64,000 nucleotides of DNA from an uncultured Bifidobacterium sp. (GCA_964634245.1 CAZWIE010000002.1:108793-172792); one strand, 5' to 3'. Counted from the first letter of the stretch, positions 9,434 through 18,313 are shown. Notes: a model not told the origin generated them from the letters alone. Made by a program: numbers and translations.

Positions 9434-10522
9434 TCAGCCGATTGCGTACTTCGCAACGGCCGCTTCGTCCCACGCCATGCCCAGTCCCGGGCCTTGCGCG
9501 GTCACGCAACCGTCGATTACTTCACACGGGTTCGCCAGTATCGACGAACCGAAATCCATATGCTCCAGCCAGTGGCAGGTTGGCGTCACCGCCAGCACAT
9601 GCGCGCTGGCCTCGATGAACAGGTGGCTCGACAGCGGCATGGACGCTGCCGCCGCCAGCCCCATCACCGACAGCCAGCCGGTGATGCCGCCGATCTTCAT
9701 CAGGTCCGGCATCATCATGTCGCAAGCGCCAACGCTCAATGCGCGCTCGGCGTCACGCGGGAACCACCAGTTCTCGCCGGTCTGGATGGCCATGCCCAGC
9801 GGCGCGACCGCCTTGCGCACCTGCGCATGGCCTTGCAAATCTTCGGCCGCGACTGGCTCCTCGATCCAGTGCAGGTCAAAGCCCTGCAGCAGCCGTATAC
9901 GGCGTATCGCTTCGTGCGGCGGCAGGCTCTGGTTGAAGTCCACCATCAGCGCCACGTCCGGGCCGATCAGTTCGCGCACACCGCGCGTGACTTCGACATC
10001 GCGGCTGGCTTCCGAATAGCCGAGCTTGATCTTGATGCCCTTGAAGCCACGCTCCAGCGAACGCCGCAGCGCCGCCGCATCGTTCTCCGCGTCGACCAGC
10101 CCGTAGCTGTCATACGCCAGTACCGGCCGCGCCTCCCCGCCCAGCAGTTGCACCACCGGCAGGCCGGCGGCCTTGCCCAGCGCATCCCAGTAAGCCATGT
10201 CCAGCGTCGACAGCAGCATGCCCAGCAAACCCTGCACGCCAAGCAGCCGGAAACGCTGCAGCATCTGCTCCATCCGGGCCTGCGGCACCAGCGGCTGGCC
10301 GACCAGCAGCGGCTTGAGCTCGTCGAGCAGCGCCAGCAGCGGCTTGAGCGTCACCGGCGTGTAGCCGAACAGGTAGGCATGGCCGCTGACGCCCTGCCGG
10401 GTATGCACATCGACCAGCAGCAGCGGCGCCACCTCGATGGCGCCCGAGGCCGTGCGAATCTTGCGCGCCAGCGGAGCGTGGACCGCGCGGGCGCGGATAT
10501 CGCTGATTTTCAGGCTGTCCAT
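9434..10522 (-). CDS. mdlA: Mandelate racemase (enolase superfamily)
   Basis: Colinear with P. putida MdlA as I recall it: RAVHAPL..., YLFGYTP, KxK, VDFNQ, WIEEP, GENW, PDLMKIGGITGW, SSHLF, HWLE. Confidence 0.8.
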   Translation of the reverse strand: MDSLKISDIRARAVHAPLARKIRTASGAIEVAPLLLVDVHTRQGVSGHAYLFGYTPVTLKPLLALLDELKPLLVGQPLVPQARMEQMLQRFRLLGVQGLLGMLLSTLDMAYWDALGKAAGLPVVQLLGGEARPVLAYDSYGLVDAENDAAALRRSLERGFKGIKIKLGYSEASRDVEVTRGVRELIGPDVALMVDFNQSLPPHEAIRRIRLLQGFDLHWIEEPVAAEDLQGHAQVRKAVAPLGMAIQTGENWWFPRDAERALSVGACDMMMPDLMKIGGITGWLSVMGLAAAASMPLSSHLFIEASAHVLAVTPTCHWLEHMDFGSSILANPCEVIDGCVTAQGPGLGMAWDEAAVAKYAIG

Positions 10523-10601
10523 CGTGAAGCTTCCTTTGTTGTATCGGTTCCGGAGCCGATAATTTTAGGCAGGATTGGCGCGACGGATGCTTTGCAAATC
10601 G

Positions 10602-12884
10602 CTAAGCGGGCATTGGCAGGCTTTCGGCCGGCAGGGCCGGTCGCTGCGGGGGGGCCGAGGCCAGCGGCGCCGTGAGCCGGAATGCCACCGCCGTCACGTC
10701 GTCGCGCCGCTTGCGGCTGCCCTGCCATTGTGCGAGCGCGGCCCGCATCGCTGCGGCGATCTCGGTGGCGCTGGCTGCCGACATCGAGGCCAGCAAGGCT
10801 TCCAGCCGGCGATAGCCAAACGACACCCCGGTCTCGCCAGGGCCGCCCAGCTGGTCGGTGAAGCCGTCGGTGACGATCACGAAGGCATCGCCATCATCGC
10901 AATGGATGCGGCACGTGACGGGTTCATCCTCTTCGGCTATCGGGTCTCGATAGCCGAGGCTGGCCCGCGATGCATGGTGGCGCTGCACCTCGCCATTGGC
11001 CTTGAGCTGGAACACACCGATCTTGGCGCCGGCGAAACGGATTTCCTTGTGCGCGGCGTCTACGCACAGCAACGCCGCATCGCAGCCATCGTCGCTTTCA
11101 CTGTCGACCGCATCCTGATTCAGGCCGCTGCGCACCAGGTAGTCGAGCGAGGCCAGTGCCCGCGCCGGGTCTTCGTGCGGATTGCCGGAATAGATGCGCT
11201 CCAGCGAATTGGACACCAGCAGCGACAGCATCGCGCCCGGCACGCCATGGCCGGTGCAATCGGCGACGGCTATCGTGAACGGGCCGTCGACCTGCGATGA
11301 CGAGATCCACCACAGGTCGCCGCCGATGGTGTCGCGCGGTTCCCAGACCACGCCCAGCGAATGGAAGCGGCCATCGATGCGATGCCGGCGCGGCAGCTGG
11401 CTGCGCTGCAGCCGGCTGGCATAGTTCACCGAGCCGACGACGATCTGGTGCGTCTCTTCCAGTTCGCGATGCTGTGCTTCGAGTTCGCGTGTGCGCTCGG
11501 CGACGGTCGCTTCGAGCACGCGGTTCTGGTTCTCGACCAGCGCCTTCTGTTCCAGCATCTGCGCCGCCAGCTTGTCCTGCAGCCAGCGCGTGCGGCTGAC
11601 GACGGCCAGCGCCATGATCAGCGCTTCCAGCGTCACGCCCAGTGCCTGTGCAGTCGATGCATCCTTGATGAAGTAGGCGAGGCCGGTGTCGGGCAATAGC
11701 TGGAACGGCGAAGGCAGGCCGGCGACGTTGAGCAGGAAGACGGTGCGGAACACCAGATACGGCACCATCGCGACCATGAAAAAGCGTGCGATTTCCATAC
11801 CCTCGCGCAAACGTATGAATGCACAGATGTAAATGCCTAGCAACATCATGAATGTCGATAGCCCGACCGGCACCCAGAACAGGGTCGCATTGATGTCCTT
11901 CATATCGACAAACAGCAGAACGGACAGATAGCACGCGTAGAACAGCAAGTAGGCGTTGGTGATCCGATAGAACACCGGGAAGCGCTTCCTGACCTCGAGG
12001 AAGGTACGAGCGAAATACACATAGGTCATCGATTGTCCGAAGGACAGGATGTAGGTCAGCGCTTCCGACACATACAAATGCGTCATCAGGACGTTTTCAA
12101 CTTTGAAGAACAGCTCGTACAGCCGCTGTCCGTCGTGCACGATCTGCGTACAAGAAGAAAACAGCGCGAACAAGATCCAGACGCCGTACGCGATGCTGGT
12201 ACGGTCCTTGTTCCGGAAAGCGGAGTACCAGCCAAAGATGGCAAGCGCAAGCATTGCGCCGGCAAGCGCACCTTCGGCATACAGGCCGAGGCGGCGCATC
12301 TCGAGATAGCGCAACTGATCAACGACACTGGCCGCATAGGAGCGCGGCGGGAATCGCACGTCGATCTCGCCGCGCATGTAGACAGTCACTGCATGCCCGC
12401 TTCTTAGCGTGAAAATGGGCAGGGTCGAACGTGGCGAATCCGCCAGCGGCAGATAGGGGTTGAGGTCGGCGATGTAATTGTGCGCACCCTGCAGGGTGCC
12501 CGAGGGTCCGGCATGTGCAATAACCTGCCCGTCACTGTCGACGACCGTAAGCTCGACATTGCGCCAGCCGCGGCCGCCACCCGGCATCAGTCGGATTTCG
12601 CGATCGGTGGGCAATTTGCTGACGATGCGCTGCATGACCCAGTAGCGGCTCATTGCATCGGGCGGCCCCAGACTTGCAGCAGGCACGAATCGGTCAGCCA
12701 GTCCGCGAATGTCGATGAATTCGAGCTTGCGCTCCGAGTCCACCAGCACGGATGCGGCGTTCTTGTCAGGCTGTTGGATGACAGGCGATTCAGGCCTGAC
12801 TTCGACGACCGCAGCGGGGTACGCGGCCAGCGGGCACAGCAAGGACAACAGCAGTACGGCGACGACACGAGGCAAGGTCTTCAT
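10602..12884 (-). CDS. 7TM-DISM membrane sensor fused to a SpoIIE/RsbU-type PP2C phosphatase
   Basis: Signal peptide, extracellular domain, about 7 hydrophobic helices, coiled coil (ATVAERTRELE), PP2C motifs IGGDLWW, VADCTGHGVPGA, TDG and DDVT. Confidence 0.88.
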   Translation of the reverse strand: MKTLPRVVAVLLLSLLCPLAAYPAAVVEVRPESPVIQQPDKNAASVLVDSERKLEFIDIRGLADRFVPAASLGPPDAMSRYWVMQRIVSKLPTDREIRLMPGGGRGWRNVELTVVDSDGQVIAHAGPSGTLQGAHNYIADLNPYLPLADSPRSTLPIFTLRSGHAVTVYMRGEIDVRFPPRSYAASVVDQLRYLEMRRLGLYAEGALAGAMLALAIFGWYSAFRNKDRTSIAYGVWILFALFSSCTQIVHDGQRLYELFFKVENVLMTHLYVSEALTYILSFGQSMTYVYFARTFLEVRKRFPVFYRITNAYLLFYACYLSVLLFVDMKDINATLFWVPVGLSTFMMLLGIYICAFIRLREGMEIARFFMVAMVPYLVFRTVFLLNVAGLPSPFQLLPDTGLAYFIKDASTAQALGVTLEALIMALAVVSRTRWLQDKLAAQMLEQKALVENQNRVLEATVAERTRELEAQHRELEETHQIVVGSVNYASRLQRSQLPRRHRIDGRFHSLGVVWEPRDTIGGDLWWISSSQVDGPFTIAVADCTGHGVPGAMLSLLVSNSLERIYSGNPHEDPARALASLDYLVRSGLNQDAVDSESDDGCDAALLCVDAAHKEIRFAGAKIGVFQLKANGEVQRHHASRASLGYRDPIAEEDEPVTCRIHCDDGDAFVIVTDGFTDQLGGPGETGVSFGYRRLEALLASMSAASATEIAAAMRAALAQWQGSRKRRDDVTAVAFRLTAPLASAPPQRPALPAESLPMPA

Positions 12885-13021
12885 CTTCGCTCCCGGAACG
12901 AACAGCTGCGGCGCGCAAGCGCGCAAAAGCGCCGGTTCGTTCAGAACCAGCGCTTGCGTCGGCCGCGGCTGCGGCCTTGTCCTGTCGTGCGCGGGGGCGG
13001 CGCGTCAAGCGCGCCCGGCGG

Positions 13022-14545
13022 TCAGGGGAACCTGACCCACCCCTTGGCCGGCCCGCTGTCGCTGGCCGACTTGGCCTGCGCAGCGGCAGCGGGAGCCGGC
13101 TGTGCATGGCCGTCGGCCGCTGCTGTCTCCGCCTTTTCAGGCATCGCCGACGAATGATGGCTGGTGATCAGCCACTGGCCGTCGATCTTCTTGTAAGAAA
13201 ACGAGTAACGGGCCTTGACTGAAGAGCCATCCGCAAAGCGGAAGGTATACAGGCCCGCATCGGTGGCGCTGTTGCAATCGACGTCGATCACGCGGTCGTC
13301 GATGCGACCTTCGGGACGGCGCTGCAGGAAATGCATGAAATAGTCTTCCTTCTCGGCGACGGTGTAGCGCGCGCGATTGGACACAGTTGGCAGTAGCACC
13401 GAGTTGGGTGCGTAGTTGGCGACCACCTTGCGCGGATCGCCAGTGCGCAGCGAGGCATTCCAGCGGTCGAACAAGGCCGCGACTTCACCCTTGAGCGGCG
13501 GGTCACATTCACTGCTTGCCGCAGACTTCGGTGCAGCTGATGCCGCTTCCGTCGTGCCAGCGGTCAATGCTGCCGGCGCAGGCTGTGCAGCTGCATGCAT
13601 GTCCTGCATGCCATGCGCACTGTGATCGGCCTTGGCCGCATGATCATCGGCGGCGGCGGCATCAGTGTGAGTGTGAGCGTGAGCATCGCCATGTGCATCG
13701 GCGGCGGCCGGCGATGCATGGCCAGCATCGGCGTTCGCAGCGGCGTCCGGAGCCGGCTTGGCAGCGACCGGCTTCTTCGGCGATACGCGGCTGGCACGCG
13801 GTGCCGGTGCTGCCGGGATGGCATCGACATGTGCAGCATCAGCGTTCGCCGGTGCGGCCGACGATGCTGCAGGCGCTGCAAGGTGCGCGTCGCCGTGGGC
13901 AGCGCCGTGTGCGTCGCCATGTTTATCGCTGGGCGTATCACTGTGTGCATCGGCCCGGGCTGCAGCATGGCCGGTGTCGGCCGGCGCAGCATGTGCGTCG
14001 GCTGCGGCGCCGCCATGCGCATCCGCCTGCGCGGCAACGGCGGCGCTGGCAGCTGCACGGTCCTTCACGCGGGTGCGGCGCGCAGATGGTGCCGGCGCTG
14101 CCGAAGCAGCCGGCGCATCATGAGCAGCATGGGCATGCTGTGCACTGTGTCCGTCGTGAGCACCATGCGCATCGGCTGCCTCGGTCGCGGGCTTGTTGTG
14201 TGCGGGCGCATGCGCATCGATCGCGGGCGCTTCAACATTCTTCGCAGCGGCAGGCTTGGCGGCCCTGGGCTTGCGCTTTGCCTTTTTGACCGGCTTGGGG
14301 TCGGCGGCCGGCGCATTATGTGCGGCGGCCTCGGCCTTGGCAGCGTCGCCGCCATGCGCGTCGGCTTTCGCGGGCTCCGATTTTGCCGGCTCGGCCTTTG
14401 CCGTGGCAGCCTTTGCCGTAGCAGCCTTCGCCGGCGCAGCGTGCGCATCATGGCCGCTGCCATGATCGTCATGCGCGGCGTCGGCGGCCAGTGCAAGTCC
14501 GCTACTGAACGCAAGCGCAAGCAAGGTGATGTGGTTGATGTTCAT
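13022..14545 (-). CDS. Exported iota-class carbonic anhydrase candidate (COG4875 / SgcJ-EcaC / CaMKII-association-domain-like) with long His/Ala-rich N-terminal region
   Basis: Signal peptide, about 330 aa of low-complexity sequence, then a C-terminal domain LFDRWNASL...VLLPTVSN...DYF...ARYSFSY...WLITSHHSSAMPE carrying the HHSS motif. Confidence 0.8.
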   Translation of the reverse strand: MNINHITLLALAFSSGLALAADAAHDDHGSGHDAHAAPAKAATAKAATAKAEPAKSEPAKADAHGGDAAKAEAAAHNAPAADPKPVKKAKRKPRAAKPAAAKNVEAPAIDAHAPAHNKPATEAADAHGAHDGHSAQHAHAAHDAPAASAAPAPSARRTRVKDRAAASAAVAAQADAHGGAAADAHAAPADTGHAAARADAHSDTPSDKHGDAHGAAHGDAHLAAPAASSAAPANADAAHVDAIPAAPAPRASRVSPKKPVAAKPAPDAAANADAGHASPAAADAHGDAHAHTHTDAAAADDHAAKADHSAHGMQDMHAAAQPAPAALTAGTTEAASAAPKSAASSECDPPLKGEVAALFDRWNASLRTGDPRKVVANYAPNSVLLPTVSNRARYTVAEKEDYFMHFLQRRPEGRIDDRVIDVDCNSATDAGLYTFRFADGSSVKARYSFSYKKIDGQWLITSHHSSAMPEKAETAAADGHAQPAPAAAAQAKSASDSGPAKGWVRFP

Positions 14546-14913
14546 GACGACTGTCCTTTGCGGTCCTTTGCGACCAACAGCTGATTAACAATGTCGCAAC
14601 AAGCTTCGACAAGCTGAATGTGAATCAGGCGTTGCCGTCATCGCATTTACACTCGATGTACTGGCAAGCGCATGATCGCTCGTCTAGGATTATCGAACCG
14701 GCGCGCAAAATCTGGAGTCCACTTGGCACGAAATATAATCAGCCGCGCTAAAGGTTTGCAATCCTTCGTTCGATAAACTGAGTTGACGAGATTGTCTGTC
14801 GTCCCGCGCGCGCGCTTTTCGCGGGAGCTTGATTCAGTTTTTGCATCACATTCATACATGTCGGGCACGTGGCATTTGTGCGCCCGCTGATTCGTTATCA
14901 AAAGGAGAACCAC

Positions 14914-15528
14914 ATGTCCGACAAGACTATTGCGACCTTGTCCCGCGAACTTCAGCAAGAACTGCATGACGCAGCTTGCCCGTGCTGCTCGCCCGCAGCC
15001 AGCAGCACTTCGCGTCGCCAGTTCCTGGCGACTGGTGCCGCCATGCTGGCCGGCGGCCTGATCGGTTTCGTCCCGGGCCGCTCGATGGCCGGTGGCGGCA
15101 ATTACGAAGCGATGCTGGTCAATTGCATCGACCCGCGCTTCACCACGCTGAGCTGGCAGTACATGGGCCTGTTGTCGGGCGTTGACCGTGAAAAGCTGGG
15201 CGACAACTACAGCCACTTCGTGATGGCCGGCGGCCCGATCGGCGCCGTGCATCCGAAGTTCCAGCCCTGGCACAAGACCTTCTGGGACAACCTCGACATC
15301 ACCGTCGGCCTGCATCACATCAAGCGCGTGGTCGCGCTGTCGCACCGTGACTGCGGCGCAGCCAAGCTGGCCTTCGGCGCCGACAAGGTCGCCGAGAAGG
15401 AAGTCGAGACCGTGTCGCATGCGGAAGCGCTGCTGACCTTCCGCAAGGAAGTCGCTACTCGCCATCCGAAACTGAGCGTCATCACGGGCATCATGGGCCT
15501 CGATGGCCGCGTCGACCTGATCGGCTGA
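14914..15528 (+). CDS. Tat-exported beta-class carbonic anhydrase-like protein
   Basis: SRRQFL twin-arginine signal; zinc-ligand motifs CIDPR (CxDxR) and HRDC (HxxC); AAGGAG RBS before ATG 14914. Confidence 0.8.
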   Translation: MSDKTIATLSRELQQELHDAACPCCSPAASSTSRRQFLATGAAMLAGGLIGFVPGRSMAGGGNYEAMLVNCIDPRFTTLSWQYMGLLSGVDREKLGDNYSHFVMAGGPIGAVHPKFQPWHKTFWDNLDITVGLHHIKRVVALSHRDCGAAKLAFGADKVAEKEVETVSHAEALLTFRKEVATRHPKLSVITGIMGLDGRVDLIG

Positions 15529-15553
15529 TACGGTGGCAACCAGCCGCAATGGC

Positions 15554-15585
15554 AAAAAGGCAGCGATGATTCGCTGCCTTTTTTT
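15554..15585 (+). terminator. Intrinsic terminator
   Basis: AAAAAGGCAGCGA-TGAT-TCGCTGCCTTTTTTT. Confidence 0.8.
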
Positions 15586-15633
15586 ATGGCCAGATCAAGT
15601 TGATATCCGGCGCGCAGGACGACCCGGATATTT

Positions 15634-15647
15634 TTGACTCAAGTCAA
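15634..15647. promoter_or_regulatory. FNR-like box
   Basis: TTGAC-TCAA-GTCAA perfect inverted repeat ending 53 bp before ATG 15700. Confidence 0.7.
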
Positions 15648-15699
15648 AGTAATGAATGTGCCATAAGGAAATACTGAGCTTGTTCGCATCGGAGTCCTC

Positions 15700-16068
15700 A
15701 TGGCCATCCCCCACTACAAAGAGCTGACCCAGCAAGTATCAGCAGGCATGCGCGGCCTGCGCCAGTCGCAACCGGAGCTGATGACGGCATTCGCCCAACT
15801 GGCGGCCGCCGGAACGAAGGAAGGCGCACTCGACAAGAAAACGCGCGAACTGGTCGCGCTGGGCATTTCGGTCGCGAGCCGCTGCGACGATTGCATCGGC
15901 TTCCATGTGCAGGCGCTGGTGAAGCTCGGCGGAACCCGCGCCGAGCTGGAAGAAGTGATGGCGACCGCTGTCTACATGGGCGGCGGCCCGTCGATGATGT
16001 ATGCGACCCATGCGCTGAAGGCATGGGATGAATTCACAGGCGCGGCCAACGAGGCCCAGGCCGCCTGA
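15700..16068 (+). CDS. AhpD-like / carboxymuconolactone decarboxylase family protein
   Basis: LDKKTRELVAL...RCDDCIGFH (CxxC) and MGGGPS motifs. Confidence 0.9.
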   Translation: MAIPHYKELTQQVSAGMRGLRQSQPELMTAFAQLAAAGTKEGALDKKTRELVALGISVASRCDDCIGFHVQALVKLGGTRAELEEVMATAVYMGGGPSMMYATHALKAWDEFTGAANEAQAA

Positions 16069-16105
16069 CACCTACCGTCTCCTCCGCAGGGCTTGCCCTG
16101 GTTCC

Positions 16106-16140
16106 GCCGTCCGGTCGCTCGACCGGGCGGCTTTTTATTT
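16106..16140 (+). terminator. Intrinsic terminator
   Basis: GCCGTCCGGTC-GCTC-GACCGGGCGGC followed by TTTTTATTT. Confidence 0.8.
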
Positions 16141-16227
16141 GCGCGTTCGCCCGGGCGGCTCGCGTCATGCGCTTGCTGGCTTCTTGCCGTTGCTGGCTTC
16201 TTGCAGCTGACAGCGCCTCGCGCTGGC

Positions 16228-16497
16228 TTACATCTTGCGGCCCGCGAGATAGCGTACGCCCTGCGGCCCGTAGTGCTCGGTATGCGGCACGTTGGCAGCG
16301 AGGCGGAAGGTATCGCCCGGCTTGCAATGCACCGACTTGCCTTCAGCGACCAGCGTGATCTCGCCCTCGAGGATCAGCGCATGCGCCTCGAATGGATGAC
16401 TATGCGTATCGAGCGAGCCATTCGGCTCGCGCACCACTTCAACGACGGTCTCGACGCCGTTCTCGGCGAGCATTTTCTCGAATTCTTCTTTGGTCAT
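16228..16497 (-). CDS. Small cupin-domain protein
   Basis: HSHPFE...LEGEI...PGDTFRLAANVPHTE cupin motifs. Confidence 0.85.
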   Translation of the reverse strand: MTKEEFEKMLAENGVETVVEVVREPNGSLDTHSHPFEAHALILEGEITLVAEGKSVHCKPGDTFRLAANVPHTEHYGPQGVRYLAGRKM

Positions 16498-16516
16498 GGC
16501 TTGCTCCGGCGGCCGT

Positions 16517-17539
16517 TCAGGCCTGTTCAGTCTTTTCTACCAGTTTGACCAAGCTTAGCAGGGTCTGGTTGATGGGCGTAGCGATGCCATGGGCACGGCC
16601 GTGCCGCACCACATAGCCATTCAGGTAATCGATTTCGTTGGGCTTGCCGCGCGCGACGTCCTGCGCCGTCGATGAATACTGGCCCGCCATGCTGCCGGCA
16701 ATGCGGCGCACGGCTTCGTAAGGGTCGCCCGGCACCATGATGCCGTCGGCACGGGCGACAGCCAGGCACTCGTCGACGACGGCGCTCATCAGTTCCGGAA
16801 TGCCGGCCACCTTCACCAGTTCGCCATAGGGCTTTTGCGCAATCGCCGACATGGCGTTGTATGCGCAGTTGACGATCAGCTTGGCCCACAGCGCGCCCAT
16901 CACGTTCGCGTCGACCTGCACTGGCACACCGGCCGCTGCAAAGTCGGCGACGATGGCGGCGCTGGCCTCGGACTCGCCGATCACGAGTTCACCGCGTCCG
17001 TGATGCAGCAGGTGCCCGGGGCCGGCCATCTCGGTCGCCACATAGACGACGGTCGGGATCACTGTGTGCGTCAGCACGTTGCGCACGATCTCGGCATTCT
17101 CGACGCCGTTCTGCAGCGACAGCACGACTGCGCCGGGCTTGAGCAAGGGCAGCAGCTGGCGCGCGGTCGCTTCGCTGTCGGTGGACTTCACGCAGAACAG
17201 CACAACATCGGCCGTGGCAACGGCCAATGCATCGGTCGATGCGTCAATCGCCACCTGTTCATCGAAGCTTGTGGTCTGCAGGTGCAGCCCGTTGGCACGT
17301 ATCGCGTCGACATGCGTCGCACGGCCCACCAGCGTGACCGGCACACCGGCGCGCGCGAGCATGCCGCCGAAGTAGCAGCCGACCGCGCCGGCGCCCATCA
17401 CCACGTAGCGCCTGCGGCCGTCAGCCTGCTTGACGTCGGACTGTTTGACGCCGGCCTGCTGGCTGCCGCCCTGCGGGGCGCCTTGCACTGCTTCTGATCC
17501 CTGAGAACCTTGTCTTTCTTTTCCTGCTGCCTGCGTCAC
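16517..17539 (-). CDS. panE: 2-dehydropantoate 2-reductase (ketopantoate reductase)
   Basis: MGAGAVGCYFGG Rossmann motif, VK, LQNG, WAKLIVN, SSTAQD...NEIDYLNG. GTG at 17539 follows a GAGGAG RBS; start is uncertain. Confidence 0.88.
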   Translation of the reverse strand: MTQAAGKERQGSQGSEAVQGAPQGGSQQAGVKQSDVKQADGRRRYVVMGAGAVGCYFGGMLARAGVPVTLVGRATHVDAIRANGLHLQTTSFDEQVAIDASTDALAVATADVVLFCVKSTDSEATARQLLPLLKPGAVVLSLQNGVENAEIVRNVLTHTVIPTVVYVATEMAGPGHLLHHGRGELVIGESEASAAIVADFAAAGVPVQVDANVMGALWAKLIVNCAYNAMSAIAQKPYGELVKVAGIPELMSAVVDECLAVARADGIMVPGDPYEAVRRIAGSMAGQYSSTAQDVARGKPNEIDYLNGYVVRHGRAHGIATPINQTLLSLVKLVEKTEQA

Positions 17540-17669
17540 TGCCCTCTCCTCTTGCCAGCTTGCCATCTGTCGCAGCGACTATACCGGAACCCTGCAGCCT
17601 GCGCTGTCGAAATGCCGGTGCCCGCCGTCGTATACTGGCCGGCACAAGAAGAATTGCGGGGAGACACCC

Positions 17670-18254
17670 ATGAGGAAGTGCCTGGACCTGATCGCGGCCA
17701 CTGCGGCCACGGTGACCATGCTGGCCTGCCTGTGCAGCGCCCCGGCCGCCCATGCTGCGCCGCCTGTCGGCAAGCGTGCGATCGTGCTGTCGAATGCCGC
17801 TGGTGAGCGGCACACCATCGGCCATGTGACATTCACCGATGCTGGCAACGGCAAGTCGGCATTCAAGATCACGATGGCCGACAACATGCAGGAATACTTC
17901 CTCGCGATGCGTCCCTTCCTGTGCCTGACCGGTCCGGTGCAGCGCCTGTGCTGGTTCCCCGTGCATAACGAGGCGGCGCTGATATCGGACGACGACCTGC
18001 TGCCCCTCGAGTACGCGCTGATGTTCATGCGCACCCGCGCCAAGGACCTGCACGTGAACCCGTTCAACGGCATGTACTACAAGCTGCATCGCGACGGCGA
18101 CAAGCTGGTCGGCGAGCTGCTGGAAGTCGACATGGCGCCCTTCATCGCGCCGGACATCCTGCCAGTCGAGGAGCGGCAGCGCCCGCTGAAGCCGGCCGAT
18201 TTCACCGAAGCCGACCCGGGATCGAACTGGCTGCCGCGGCTGAGCATCGAATAG
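17670..18254 (+). CDS. Exported hypothetical protein
   Basis: Signal peptide ending AHA, coding-like codon usage, RBS GGAG; no family recognised. Confidence 0.7.
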   Translation: MRKCLDLIAATAATVTMLACLCSAPAAHAAPPVGKRAIVLSNAAGERHTIGHVTFTDAGNGKSAFKITMADNMQEYFLAMRPFLCLTGPVQRLCWFPVHNEAALISDDDLLPLEYALMFMRTRAKDLHVNPFNGMYYKLHRDGDKLVGELLEVDMAPFIAPDILPVEERQRPLKPADFTEADPGSNWLPRLSIE

Positions 18255-18313
18255 GGTCGCGACTCGACACTCAGCGACGGCAACTCAATAGTGGCAAACC
18301 CAACATCGGCTAC

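Noticed and set aside
13595-14584. Cys/Arg/Gly-rich plus-strand ORF that looks like a metallothionein or RiPP precursor
   Set aside because: It is the antisense reading of the Ala/His repeats of the iota-CA gene; the Cys content derives from GCA codons.
14724-14739. Possible sigma54 promoter (TGGCAC...) between the two CA genes
   Set aside because: The -12 TTGC element is missing (TGGCACGAAATATAAT). The TATAAT may be a sigma70 -10, but no matching -35 is seen.
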